Source of the DNA: an uncultured Bdellovibrionales bacterium
GTDB lineage: Bacteria; Patescibacteriota; Minisyncoccia; Moranbacterales; DUUL01
Assembly: GCA_964599525.1 (NCBI GenBank)
Contig: CAZRER010000001.1
Coordinates: 1-30,953, forward strand
Direction of reading: 5' to 3'
Length of the DNA stretch: 30,953 nucleotides
Shown here piece by piece: positions 16,028 to 24,544 of the stretch. The position numbers and the translations under genes were made by a program. The first letter of the stretch is position 1. Each line of letters begins with the position of its first letter. The notes beneath the pieces are model-generated. The model did no database searches, was not told the origin of the DNA, and worked only from the letters and a program-made list of their open reading frames with translations.

Positions 16028-16744
16028 TTACCTTCTTATAGAAACATCTTCAATTGTTGTCTCCATTATGTTTTTAATTTTTTCCAAATCAATTTCTTCC
16101 CCCTTAATTCTCCTAGTCAATGTTTCATCTAAAATTTTACCATTATCTTCATACTTTTGCAAAATATATTTTCGACTTCCAGCCAACCACTTAGCCACCT
16201 CTTTAAATTCATCTACAGTATGCAAACCAGGAACTACAGTTGTTCTAAATTCATAATCTACTCCAGAGTTTCTAATTAACTCTACACTTAATTTTATTCG
16301 CTCTAGATCCAGTTTAATATCGCCACAAACTTTTTCATAATTATTCAAACTACTTTTAATATCCATGGCTACATAATCCACCAATTTCTTATCAAACAAC
16401 TCTTTCAACACATCTGGTCTAGTTCCATTAGAGTCTAATTTTACCGTAAAACCCAGATCCTTAATTCTCTTAATAAAATCCGCTAAATCAGCCTGAAGTG
16501 TTGGCTCCCCACCAGTAATACAAACACCATCAAGTTTCCCCTGACGACTTTTCAAAAATTCAAAAAACTCCTCCACCTGCCTCTCGTTTTGTTCACTACT
16601 GTAAACTGTGAACTGTGAACTAAGAACCAATTCTGGGTTATGACAAAACGGACACCGAAAATTACAGCCCACCGTAAAAACAGTCGCCGCCACCTTCCCC
16701 GGATAATCTATCAACGTCATCTTCTGTAAACCACCTAAAAGCAT
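16028..16744 (-). CDS. nrdG: Anaerobic ribonucleoside-triphosphate reductase activating protein (radical SAM, NrdG-type)
   Basis: GGLQKMTLIDYPGKVAATVFTVGCNFRCPFCHNPEL (CxxxCxxC), VCITGGEPTLQ, KLDSNG, YEFRTTVVP. Confidence 0.9.
   Translation of the reverse strand: MLLGGLQKMTLIDYPGKVAATVFTVGCNFRCPFCHNPELVLSSQFTVYSSEQNERQVEEFFEFLKSRQGKLDGVCITGGEPTLQADLADFIKRIKDLGFTVKLDSNGTRPDVLKELFDKKLVDYVAMDIKSSLNNYEKVCGDIKLDLERIKLSVELIRNSGVDYEFRTTVVPGLHTVDEFKEVAKWLAGSRKYILQKYEDNGKILDETLTRRIKGEEIDLEKIKNIMETTIEDVSIRR
16598..16627. repeat. Heptamer array inside the nrdG coding sequence
   Basis: ACTGTAA ACTGTGA ACTGTGA ACTAAGA AC; read in frame as part of VLSSQFTVYSS. Confidence 0.75.
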
Positions 16745-16796
16745 AATTTTAATATTTTAACTATATAAATCAAAACTCCCTTCTATCTCTAGCTTC

Positions 16797-19376
16797 TTAT
16801 TCAGCTAGAGTAGTTTCTATAGAGGGATTATTTTCTTCGTCTGAATTGGGCACCTCATCTACAATCGTTGTATCGTCAGAAATCAAAACTTCTCTCGGTT
16901 TTGAACCATTAGCTGGACCAATAACTCCGTTTTCTTCTAGGGCATCAATTATCTTTGCTGAACGATTATAACCAATACTCAATCTTCTTTGCAAGGAAGA
17001 TATTGATGCCTGCCCTGCAGCGATTACCATCTCTTTCGCTTGACTATATAAAACATCATCACTTGAGTTCTCCCCTTCTCGAACATCTCCCGAAACAACT
17101 GTTTCATCCAATTTTCCTTCCAATGATTCTTTTAAAGCTTCATCCTTTTTAAATTTAACTTTTTTAGCTTGCTTTTTGATATATTCAATTAATTTAGAGG
17201 TTTCTTCCTCAGACACAAACGGTCCTTGGATTCTAGTTGGCTGTGGATAGCCTGGACCCATATAAAGCATATCCCCATTACCCAATAATTTTTCTGCCCC
17301 AGGACGATCCAAAATAGTTCGCGAATCAACATTTCCAGCCACCTTGAAAGCAATTCTAGCTGGAATATTATTCTTAATAGTTCCGGTAATAACGTTAGTA
17401 TCTGGTCTCTGAGTAGATAAAATTAAATGAATACCAACTGCCCGAGCCATTTGCGATAGTCGTACTATCAATGCCTCCACCTCCTTACCATGAGTAGCCA
17501 TTAAATCTGCCAACTCGTCAATAACAATTACAATATACGGCATTTTTGAAAGTTCTTCTTGTCTTATTTCTCCGGATTCCATATCTACTACTTGTCTAGT
17601 TTCTTTATTAGACGCTTTTAAATTATAAGACTCAATATTCTTCGAACCAACTTCTTCTAATAATTTATACCGGGAATCCATTTCATTAGTAGCCCATTTT
17701 AAAGTGTTAACCACCTTATTCATATCAACAATAACCTTTGTTAATAAATGAGGAATACCGTTATAGGCAGAAAGTTCAACTCTTTTTGGATCAACCAAGA
17801 TAAGTTGTAAATCGTCTGGAGAATTTTTAAAAATTAAAGAAGATAAAATAGCATTAATACAAACACTTTTACCAGTGTTTGTTGATCCAGCTACTAATAA
17901 ATGTGGCATTTTTTCTAACCCAGTTATAATCGAATTACCATTAACATCATTACCTAATGCTATGGTTAATTTTGAGGTAGCCTCTCTAAATTCTTCCTCT
18001 TCAAATAATGTTCTCAATCGAATCATTGTTGCCTTGCTATTTGGCACCTCAATTCCAATCAATGAAGTTCCCGGTATAGGCGCCTCAATTCTAATTGCCG
18101 AAGCTGCCAAAGTCATAGCAATATTACTCTGTAAGGCAACAATCTTACTTAACATTACTCCCCTTGGAGGAGAAAAAGTATATTGTGTTACCGTCGGACC
18201 AATATTAAATCCACTAGGCTCCAATTCAATTCCAAATTCTAAAGCAGTTCTTTGGATAATATCAATATTGTTTTCAATATTTTTTTCTCCGCTACCTTTC
18301 TCACTTTTTTCAAAAATTGAAGGCGATGGCTGTTTCCATTTCGATTTGCTGACTATTCGTTTTGTCTCTTTTCTCGGTGTCCTTGTTTTAATGGTTCGAT
18401 GCGATTTAAAAGATAAATTTTTCTCATTTTCATTTTTTACCTTGTCTCTATCCAATTGCCCTGAAATAAGTCGTTCTCCTTCTTTGGTAATTTTTTGAGT
18501 CCTAATTGGTGACATTTCATCAATAAATTTAACTGATTTTATATTGTCTCCAAGCTCCTCTATTTTTTCTTTTTTTCTCTCTTTTTTACTTTTAAATATT
18601 CTCTTAAAAAATCCCTGTTTTTCTTTTTTCTCATCATCTGCTTCTTCATTTATTTTATCTTTATTTTTTTTGTTTTGATTTTGATCTTGTTGGCTCTGTA
18701 AAATATTCTGGGTTGCAGTATTAATTCCGTTGATATTATTGTTTGAGATAGTTAAAGCCTTGCCACTATGAGCCTCTAAGCCACCACTTTCTTCTTCTAG
18801 TTTGTCATTTTTAAATTTAAAAAAATCTTTTAATTTATGTAACCAATTAAAAACTGGAACGTTAAACAAGAGCATAAAACCAATTAAAGCCAAACTAAAC
18901 AAAGCCACAATTCCTGCAAATCTTCCAATTAATTTTATCAAAGAATAGGCAACAATCAAACCAACATATCCTCCACCCGAACCATCTTTAGCAACTTTAG
19001 TCATATTATCAATATCGTAAAAAGAATGTATCAGACCTATTCCTGCCAAGAAAAAAAGCAATACCCCACTGGTTGCCAAATAATATCTCACTGTTTGCAT
19101 CCTCTTAAAATACATCACACCCAGTGATACAAGCAGAATTGGCAAAACATATCGTCCCGCACCAAAAAATAGAGTTAAGATTTTATCAATAAATTTACCA
19201 ACAATTCCTGCTTGCCCAAAAAGACTTAAGGAAAATACTAACGCGAACAACAACAGTATAATTGCCGCAATATGTTTGCGAACTTCCTTTTTTAATATTT
19301 TTTCGCTATTTACTTTTTTATTTCCACTTACCCCGCTTGATGATTTCTTTTTTTTATTTTTTAATTTTCTTCCCAT
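16797..19376 (-). CDS. ftsK: DNA translocase FtsK/SpoIIIE
   Basis: N-terminal 4-TM domain, linker, PHLLVAGSTNTGKS Walker A, VIVIDELADLM, STQRP, GAEKLLGNGDML, gamma domain ASISSLQRRLSIGYNRSA. Confidence 0.97.
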   Translation of the reverse strand: MGRKLKNKKKKSSSGVSGNKKVNSEKILKKEVRKHIAAIILLLFALVFSLSLFGQAGIVGKFIDKILTLFFGAGRYVLPILLVSLGVMYFKRMQTVRYYLATSGVLLFFLAGIGLIHSFYDIDNMTKVAKDGSGGGYVGLIVAYSLIKLIGRFAGIVALFSLALIGFMLLFNVPVFNWLHKLKDFFKFKNDKLEEESGGLEAHSGKALTISNNNINGINTATQNILQSQQDQNQNKKNKDKINEEADDEKKEKQGFFKRIFKSKKERKKEKIEELGDNIKSVKFIDEMSPIRTQKITKEGERLISGQLDRDKVKNENEKNLSFKSHRTIKTRTPRKETKRIVSKSKWKQPSPSIFEKSEKGSGEKNIENNIDIIQRTALEFGIELEPSGFNIGPTVTQYTFSPPRGVMLSKIVALQSNIAMTLAASAIRIEAPIPGTSLIGIEVPNSKATMIRLRTLFEEEEFREATSKLTIALGNDVNGNSIITGLEKMPHLLVAGSTNTGKSVCINAILSSLIFKNSPDDLQLILVDPKRVELSAYNGIPHLLTKVIVDMNKVVNTLKWATNEMDSRYKLLEEVGSKNIESYNLKASNKETRQVVDMESGEIRQEELSKMPYIVIVIDELADLMATHGKEVEALIVRLSQMARAVGIHLILSTQRPDTNVITGTIKNNIPARIAFKVAGNVDSRTILDRPGAEKLLGNGDMLYMGPGYPQPTRIQGPFVSEEETSKLIEYIKKQAKKVKFKKDEALKESLEGKLDETVVSGDVREGENSSDDVLYSQAKEMVIAAGQASISSLQRRLSIGYNRSAKIIDALEENGVIGPANGSKPREVLISDDTTIVDEVPNSDEENNPSIETTLAE

Positions 19377-19522
19377 ATTAATAACTTAATCTATTTAACA
19401 ATTTTGAATAACTTATATTTAGTACATAACCAATATACCACATTTCAATCTTATTCTCAAACTTTTATTTAAAATGATTTATAACTATTCACCCTTCTCT
19501 TAGATAACATAAGAAAAATAAA

Positions 19523-19643
19523 AGCGAGCAAGATCTAGCTGGCATTTATCCGTTCGCAATGAAATGAAAATGAAAAGCGATACGCTTGTCCCGCAGAGCC
19601 GTTTAGACGAAGTGGAAAATGCAGAGAGCCAAAAGGCTGGACC
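19523..19643. other. GC-rich structured intergenic segment (candidate ncRNA or mobile/repeat remnant)
   Basis: About 48% GC by manual count inside very AT-rich flanks. Stem GCATTT-A-TCCG-TTCG (19542-19556) / CGAA-G-TGGA-AAATGC (19608-19622); hairpins AAGCG-ATA-CGCTT and AGCC-AAAA-GGCT. Confidence 0.35.
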
Positions 19644-19700
19644 TTTTTTAGCAAACAGATTATTATTTTAGAGAAAGGTGAATAGTTACTATAATTTTAC

Positions 19701-19776
19701 TTGCATATTTTCAAAAACTAAGGTATTATAAAAATGGCTTTAAAAGGAAATTAAAAATAGCCTTTAAAAGGGAACT
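19701..19776 (+). promoter_or_regulatory. Sigma70 promoter followed by two imperfect ~24-bp direct repeats (operator candidate)
   Basis: TTGCAT (19701-19706), 17 bp, TATTAT (19724-19729); then TAAAAATGGCTTTAAAAGGAAAT and TAAAAATAGCCTTTAAAAGGGAACT. Confidence 0.5.
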
Positions 19777-19862
19777 ATTACCTTTTTCATTATAAAAAAT
19801 AAAAATAAAATTAGCATTATTAAATTAAAAAATTTATAGTTTAATTGTGTTTAAATACAAAA

Positions 19863-20759
19863 ATGACTAGTCTAAATAATGACATCCTTTTAGAAGGAGA
19901 AGAAAAACAAAAAAAAATAACTGAACTTCGCGAAATTATTTCTAATGCTCAAGAAACTATTAGTTCGGCTACCCAACTACTTTCTGCTATTCAAGGAACT
20001 ATTCCTGAGGAAATGCCTATAAATCAAGTAGAGCAAAACGAAGACGATGAAAATGCTATTTATGGATATTTTGATGGACAAATAATGATTGGGGATGACG
20101 GAAAACAATATCCTGTTCCAGCAAATTATGCCTCTAAATCAAAACTTGTCGAAGGAGATAAACTAAAACTAAATATCACTCCTGACAATAAATTTGTATA
20201 TAAACAAATTGGACCAGTACCTAGAAATTATTTAATAGGTGTTGTCAAAAAAGATGCCAAAGGAAATTTCACTATTCAGACCCCAGAAAAAGAATACCAA
20301 GTACTTTTAGCAGCAGCAACCTATTTCAAAATTGAAGTTGGTGATGAGGTCACTTTAATTGTTCCACAAGGAAAAACAACTATTTGGGGTGCAATTGAAA
20401 ATGTTTTACAAAAAAATACGTCTATCAATTCTAATACTAGTATTAATACACTTGATGATTCGAATAATATTACAACAGAGAATAATATTACAAACGAACA
20501 AGACACCTCAACCAATGAAAACACTAAAGAAAATATAAACAATTTAAGCAACTTAAATACTCTTAATTTAGACACTGAAGATGATGAACCTATAAATTTA
20601 AGTGCTCTTGAAAAATTAGAACTAGAATTAGAAAAAGAAAAAAATAACACTTCTAAAACAGAATCAAAAATATCAGCTAAAACAGAAGATGCTCCTAACG
20701 CTTGGGCATCAGATATTGATAAACTAAGAGCGGAAGCTGGTATAGCAGTTAAACAGTGA
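19863..20759 (+). CDS. Conserved hypothetical protein (N-terminal coiled coil, beta-rich core, N/T/E-rich tail)
   Basis: Core GYFDGQIMIGDDGKQYPVPANYASKSKLVEGDKLKL...YKQIGP, which I recall as a recurrent Patescibacteria family (unverified). ATG at 19863 preferred over the GTG at 19845. Confidence 0.8.
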   Translation: MTSLNNDILLEGEEKQKKITELREIISNAQETISSATQLLSAIQGTIPEEMPINQVEQNEDDENAIYGYFDGQIMIGDDGKQYPVPANYASKSKLVEGDKLKLNITPDNKFVYKQIGPVPRNYLIGVVKKDAKGNFTIQTPEKEYQVLLAAATYFKIEVGDEVTLIVPQGKTTIWGAIENVLQKNTSINSNTSINTLDDSNNITTENNITNEQDTSTNENTKENINNLSNLNTLNLDTEDDEPINLSALEKLELELEKEKNNTSKTESKISAKTEDAPNAWASDIDKLRAEAGIAVKQ

Positions 20760-20784
20760 ATTTCACTCTAAAACAAAATACTCC

Positions 20785-21405
20785 ATGAAAAATATCAAAT
20801 TAACTAAAAAAGATTTAATATTTGGTGCTATTAACGGTCTTATTTTTGGTAGTTTATTGCCAGTAGTTTTGAAAAGTTTTAATATTACTGAAATACCTCC
20901 ATATTTAACAATGGTGTTATTTTTTACCATTTTAGCGCCAATTGGAGTTTATATTGGATATCTACTTTCAAAATTTAAATCATTTTTTTTTCAATTAGTT
21001 AAATTTGGAGCAACAGGCGCCGCCAACTTTGCTATAGATATTGGAGTTTTAGCTTTATTAGTATTTTTATTCTATGCTAAGTCCTCAGCAATACCCAATA
21101 CATCATTTATAATTTTTAAAATAACTTCTTTTTCGCTAGCAACTATAAATAGCTATCTCTGGAATAAATTTTGGTCATTCAGTGATAAAGATACTAAAAA
21201 TATAACTGGTGAATTTGGAAAATTTGTTTTAGTAAGTCTTGTAGGAATTATTGTCAATGTTAGCATCGCTGCAATAGTTAATAGTCTTCATAAATACACT
21301 AGTATCAATCCTAAAGCTTGGGCAGCTATCGCCGCCATGACCGGTTCTATTGCCACCCTAACTTGGAACTTTCTTGGTTACAAACTTATTGTTTTTAAAA
21401 AATAA
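20785..21405 (+). CDS. GtrA-like family membrane protein with two extra N-terminal TM helices
   Basis: QLVKFGATGAANFAIDIGVL, SFSLATINSYLWNKFWSF, FVLVSLVGIIVN, WNFLGYKLIVF. Confidence 0.88.
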   Translation: MKNIKLTKKDLIFGAINGLIFGSLLPVVLKSFNITEIPPYLTMVLFFTILAPIGVYIGYLLSKFKSFFFQLVKFGATGAANFAIDIGVLALLVFLFYAKSSAIPNTSFIIFKITSFSLATINSYLWNKFWSFSDKDTKNITGEFGKFVLVSLVGIIVNVSIAAIVNSLHKYTSINPKAWAAIAAMTGSIATLTWNFLGYKLIVFKK

Positions 21406-21537
21406 TTTGCTCATCACAATATTGGAAAAAATATGTTTATCTACTAAAAAAACAACTGTATCAATTCAGTTATTTTTTTTACAAAATATAGAAACGTGAA
21501 ATTTTTAAGAGATTTTACAGTCTTACATATAATTAAT

Positions 21538-22401
21538 CTATCTGAGCTTAACCTTACATTCACTTCTTTCACACTGAATAGTAATTGTACCGAGTTCATC
21601 GGTTCGTAAAATTTTACTATTTATTTTCTTTAATCTATTTATTGTCTCCATGGTTGGATGACCATACTTATTTTCTCCCACAGATATAATTGACCATTTG
21701 GGAGTAACCCTAGCTAGAAAAAAATCAGAACTAGAATATTTTGAACCGTGATGCCCCACTTTCAAAAAATCAACATCAACATCCTCATGATCAAAAACCA
21801 TATCCGCCTCAGCATCAAACCCAGCGTCACCTGTAAATAAAAAACTATTTTTTTTGTAATCCAATCTCGCCACAACAGAGCTATCATTTTTAGCTTTTTT
21901 ATCTTTCTCAATTTTGTCCGGATTAAAAAATTTAATAAATATTTCGTTATCTATCTCCAACTTTGACCCTTCTAAAATACTCTTCGTTTTTATTTTTTTC
22001 TCTTTTATTAACTTATACAATTCTACCCACAATTCATCTTCAGAAATTTGTCCATTATCTAAGACTACGCCAATTTTATATTTTTTAACCACATCCAAAA
22101 GTCCTGAAAAGTGATCTCTATCAGGATGAGTTATAATTACAACTTCTATTTTACTATCCATAAAAGGCATTACCTTCGACAATTCAGTTAAAACCTTTTT
22201 ACCATCAGGACCACCATCGATTAATATCTGATATCTATGTAGATAACTTATCAAAATAGAATCTCCCTGACCAATATCCAAAAAAGATACCTCCAGAGGG
22301 CGCATCTGATCATTTTTATACATACCAAAACTAAACAGTACTTCTACTACCAATAAAAACCCCACTACTCCCAGTTGAATTATCTGCTTGTTTAAAAACA
22401 T
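21538..22401 (-). CDS. ComEC/Rec2-type metallo-beta-lactamase-fold protein (stand-alone)
   Basis: FLDIGQGDSILI, LIDGGP, THPDRDHFSG, NDSSVV, FLFTGDA, LKVGHHGSKYSS, YGHP. Confidence 0.92.
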   Translation of the reverse strand: MFLNKQIIQLGVVGFLLVVEVLFSFGMYKNDQMRPLEVSFLDIGQGDSILISYLHRYQILIDGGPDGKKVLTELSKVMPFMDSKIEVVIITHPDRDHFSGLLDVVKKYKIGVVLDNGQISEDELWVELYKLIKEKKIKTKSILEGSKLEIDNEIFIKFFNPDKIEKDKKAKNDSSVVARLDYKKNSFLFTGDAGFDAEADMVFDHEDVDVDFLKVGHHGSKYSSSDFFLARVTPKWSIISVGENKYGHPTMETINRLKKINSKILRTDELGTITIQCERSECKVKLR

Positions 22402-22432
22402 ATATTTATAATTATAAATTTTATATAAATCT

Positions 22433-24079
22433 TCACACTTCTTTTTGTCTATTTCTAATTACAATTAAAACTATACTTAACGCAATATAATACCCCAAAC
22501 TCCACCAAATATTTACTTTATTAAACTCAATAATTGCCCAAGGTATTTTCGCTAACTGATTAATACTCCCTATTTCCAAATGTAACATCATCCAGGTGGG
22601 CAGAGAAAAAATAAGTCCTAAACTATTTATTAGAAAGCTACTACCAACAGCAATGGCTCCTCCTAACATAATCAATGGCAACGCTGGCAAGATAATTACA
22701 TTCGCCAACAAAGAAATTAAAGAAATACTATTAAAAGTATAAATTAACAAACCTAATACTCCAAGTTGAGCGGATAGAGTTACCAAAACTATAGATTTAA
22801 TTCCCAAAAAATCATTTTCAATTTTAATCTTTTCCGCCAGTGGTCCATATATTAAAATAATTCCCAACGTTGCTAAAAATGATAATTGAAAACCAACATC
22901 ATAAAGAAGAATAAATGGCGAAGTAAAAACCATAATAACTGCCGTCAATATAATTATTCTAACAGAGCTAGCTAGTCGTCCCGACTGTAAAGCGTACAAC
23001 ATAATAACTCCCATCACCCCCGCCCTCACCGCCGACGATGGCGCCCCAATCATAATTATAAACAAAATAATACATCCCGTCACAAACCAAAATGCTTGTT
23101 TTCGCCACAACCCAATTCCAATACCTATCCACATAAACACCGTAGCCAAAATTGTAATATTATACCCGGAAACTGCTACTGTATGAGTTGTTCCTGTTCT
23201 TCTAAAATTTTCTGAAATATTTTCCGGCAATCTATTATCACCACCTAAAAGTAAACCCGCTAAATAAGCACTCTCTGGCATCGGAAATAATTGATTTATT
23301 TTATTTTCCAAAATACTTCTAAAATTATAAACACTTCTGAGTAGATAAATTTTAATGATTGTTATCTTATAAAATAATTTATCCAAATAATTTTTATTCT
23401 TAACTTTAATGACATCATCATTAATTATATTTCTTGATGAAAATTCCTCAGCTCCCACTATAGATTCAATCTTCGCCCCACTGCAAACTTGATAAACTTT
23501 TTTACTAGCCAAAAATCTAATATAATTAAATTTTTGATATTTATTCTCTGGAGTTTTTAACGTACATTCAATATTGTATTTTCTTCCATAATCATAATTG
23601 ATTCCCAGTGATACAAAAAGTAAAACTGTTTCTGATTTCTTAACAAATCTCCCATTATTTTTTTCATCTAGTTTTTTTCCTTCTATTTTAATATAAATTC
23701 GCTGATAGTCATTTTTAGCTTCTGGAAATTTTACCACTGTACCAATCCCCTTGTATCTACCACTCACCCAACCGCTAGATTTATCAATTTCGCCTTCTAC
23801 TCTAATGATACCTAAAATAAATCCTACAAGTAAAGCAATCGTCATTAATACTTTCAAGCTTGTGTGTTTAAAAAAATAAACAATCACACTAATAAGCAAC
23901 AAAACAAATAATCCGACTTCAACTAATTCAGAGATATTTACCAACGATTCAACAATAACCCCAACTAAAAATGCCAACAAAAATACTAAAAAAATATTTG
24001 CTCCACTAAAAATAGACCATCCCAATGATCTCTTTTCGTTTTCATTGTTTCTATCGTTTTTATAATCTTTATTGTTCAC
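22433..24079 (-). CDS. comEC: ComEC/Rec2 competence protein (TM + OB + competence domain, no MBL domain)
   Basis: YLAGLLLG, FRRTGTTHTVAVSGYNI, PSSAVRAGVM, GFQLSFLATLGI, LLANVIILP; GTG start. Confidence 0.92.
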   Translation of the reverse strand: MNNKDYKNDRNNENEKRSLGWSIFSGANIFLVFLLAFLVGVIVESLVNISELVEVGLFVLLLISVIVYFFKHTSLKVLMTIALLVGFILGIIRVEGEIDKSSGWVSGRYKGIGTVVKFPEAKNDYQRIYIKIEGKKLDEKNNGRFVKKSETVLLFVSLGINYDYGRKYNIECTLKTPENKYQKFNYIRFLASKKVYQVCSGAKIESIVGAEEFSSRNIINDDVIKVKNKNYLDKLFYKITIIKIYLLRSVYNFRSILENKINQLFPMPESAYLAGLLLGGDNRLPENISENFRRTGTTHTVAVSGYNITILATVFMWIGIGIGLWRKQAFWFVTGCIILFIIMIGAPSSAVRAGVMGVIMLYALQSGRLASSVRIIILTAVIMVFTSPFILLYDVGFQLSFLATLGIILIYGPLAEKIKIENDFLGIKSIVLVTLSAQLGVLGLLIYTFNSISLISLLANVIILPALPLIMLGGAIAVGSSFLINSLGLIFSLPTWMMLHLEIGSINQLAKIPWAIIEFNKVNIWWSLGYYIALSIVLIVIRNRQKEV

Positions 24080-24126
24080 AATAAAATGTTAATGATAAAT
24101 AAATTAATACTCCTAACAAATCGCTC

Positions 24127-24168
24127 TTATATATTTTTAAGATACGGTCGTATCTTAAAAATATATAA
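24127..24168. repeat. Perfect palindrome, 20-bp arms, 2-nt loop
   Basis: TTATATATTTTTAAGATACG-GT-CGTATCTTAAAAATATATAA. Confidence 0.92.
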
Positions 24169-24229
24169 AATCACATCATACGTTTGTCTATCAAGCTTAT
24201 CTATACAGTCCCTCACCATAACACACTAT

Positions 24230-24267
24230 TAACAAAAAAGAAAGGAATGTTTCAACAACATTCCTTT
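24230..24267 (-). terminator. Intrinsic terminator of the tRNA operon
   Basis: AAAGGAATGTT-TCAAC-AACATTCCTTT 11-bp stem; T-rich tail on the minus strand. Confidence 0.75.
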
Positions 24268-24281
24268 TTAAATATATTGTG

Positions 24282-24355
24282 TACATCTGGCAGGACTCGA
24301 ACCTGCAACCCCTTGATCCGAAGTCAAGTGCTCTATCCAATTGAGCTACAGATGC
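24282..24355 (-). tRNA. tRNA-Arg (TCG)
   Basis: GCATCTG-TAGCTCAATTGGATAGAGCA-CTTGA-CT-TCG-GA-TCAAG-GGGTT-GCAGG-TTCGAGT-CCTGC-CAGATGT-A; CCA not encoded. Confidence 0.96.
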
Positions 24356-24358
24356 ATT

Positions 24359-24442
24359 TGTGCGCCATGAGAGATTTCCAGCTCGTCTGGTCACCCGGTT
24401 AGGGTGAGAACTTCATATCACTCTGTGCGCCATGAGAGATTT
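24359..24442 (-). repeat. 19-bp direct repeat of the tRNA-Lys 3' end (att-like duplication) enclosing 46 bp
   Basis: TGTGCGCCATGAGAGATTT at 24359-24377 and 24424-24442. The second copy is the T-arm/acceptor end of tRNA-Lys plus 2 downstream bases. Confidence 0.9.
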
Positions 24443-24498
24443 GAACTCCCGACCATTCGCTTAAGAGGCGACTGCTCTACCGACTGAGCTAATGGCGC
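24426..24498 (-). tRNA. tRNA-Lys (CTT)
   Basis: GCGCCAT-TAGCTCAGTCGGTAGAGCA-GTCGC-CT-CTT-AA-GCGAA-TGGTC-GGGAG-TTCAAAT-CTCTC-ATGGCGC-A; G:A mismatch at the top of the anticodon stem; CCA not encoded. Confidence 0.95.
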
Positions 24499-24515
24499 AA
24501 ACTAGTACTCCAACT

Positions 24516-24544
24516 ATTCTATACCAGAAAAAACTTCCTGTCAA
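24516..24544 (-). promoter_or_regulatory. tRNA operon promoter
   Basis: Minus strand TTGACA (24544-24539), 17 bp, TAGAAT (24521-24516), just upstream of tRNA-Lys. Confidence 0.75.

Noticed and set aside
19564-19671. 35-aa ORF MKMKSDTLVPQSRLDEVENAESQKAGPFLANRLLF in the GC-rich island
   Set aside because: No SD or recognisable motif; kept only as an alternative explanation for the GC-rich segment.
24184-24402. ORFs 24184..24402 (+) and 24197..24394 (-) from the track
   Set aside because: They are shadows of tRNA-Arg and the att-like repeat, not proteins.
24359-24442. Repeat-spacer-repeat resembling a one-spacer CRISPR array
   Set aside because: Only two 19-bp copies, one of which is the tRNA-Lys 3' end; no cas genes or leader.
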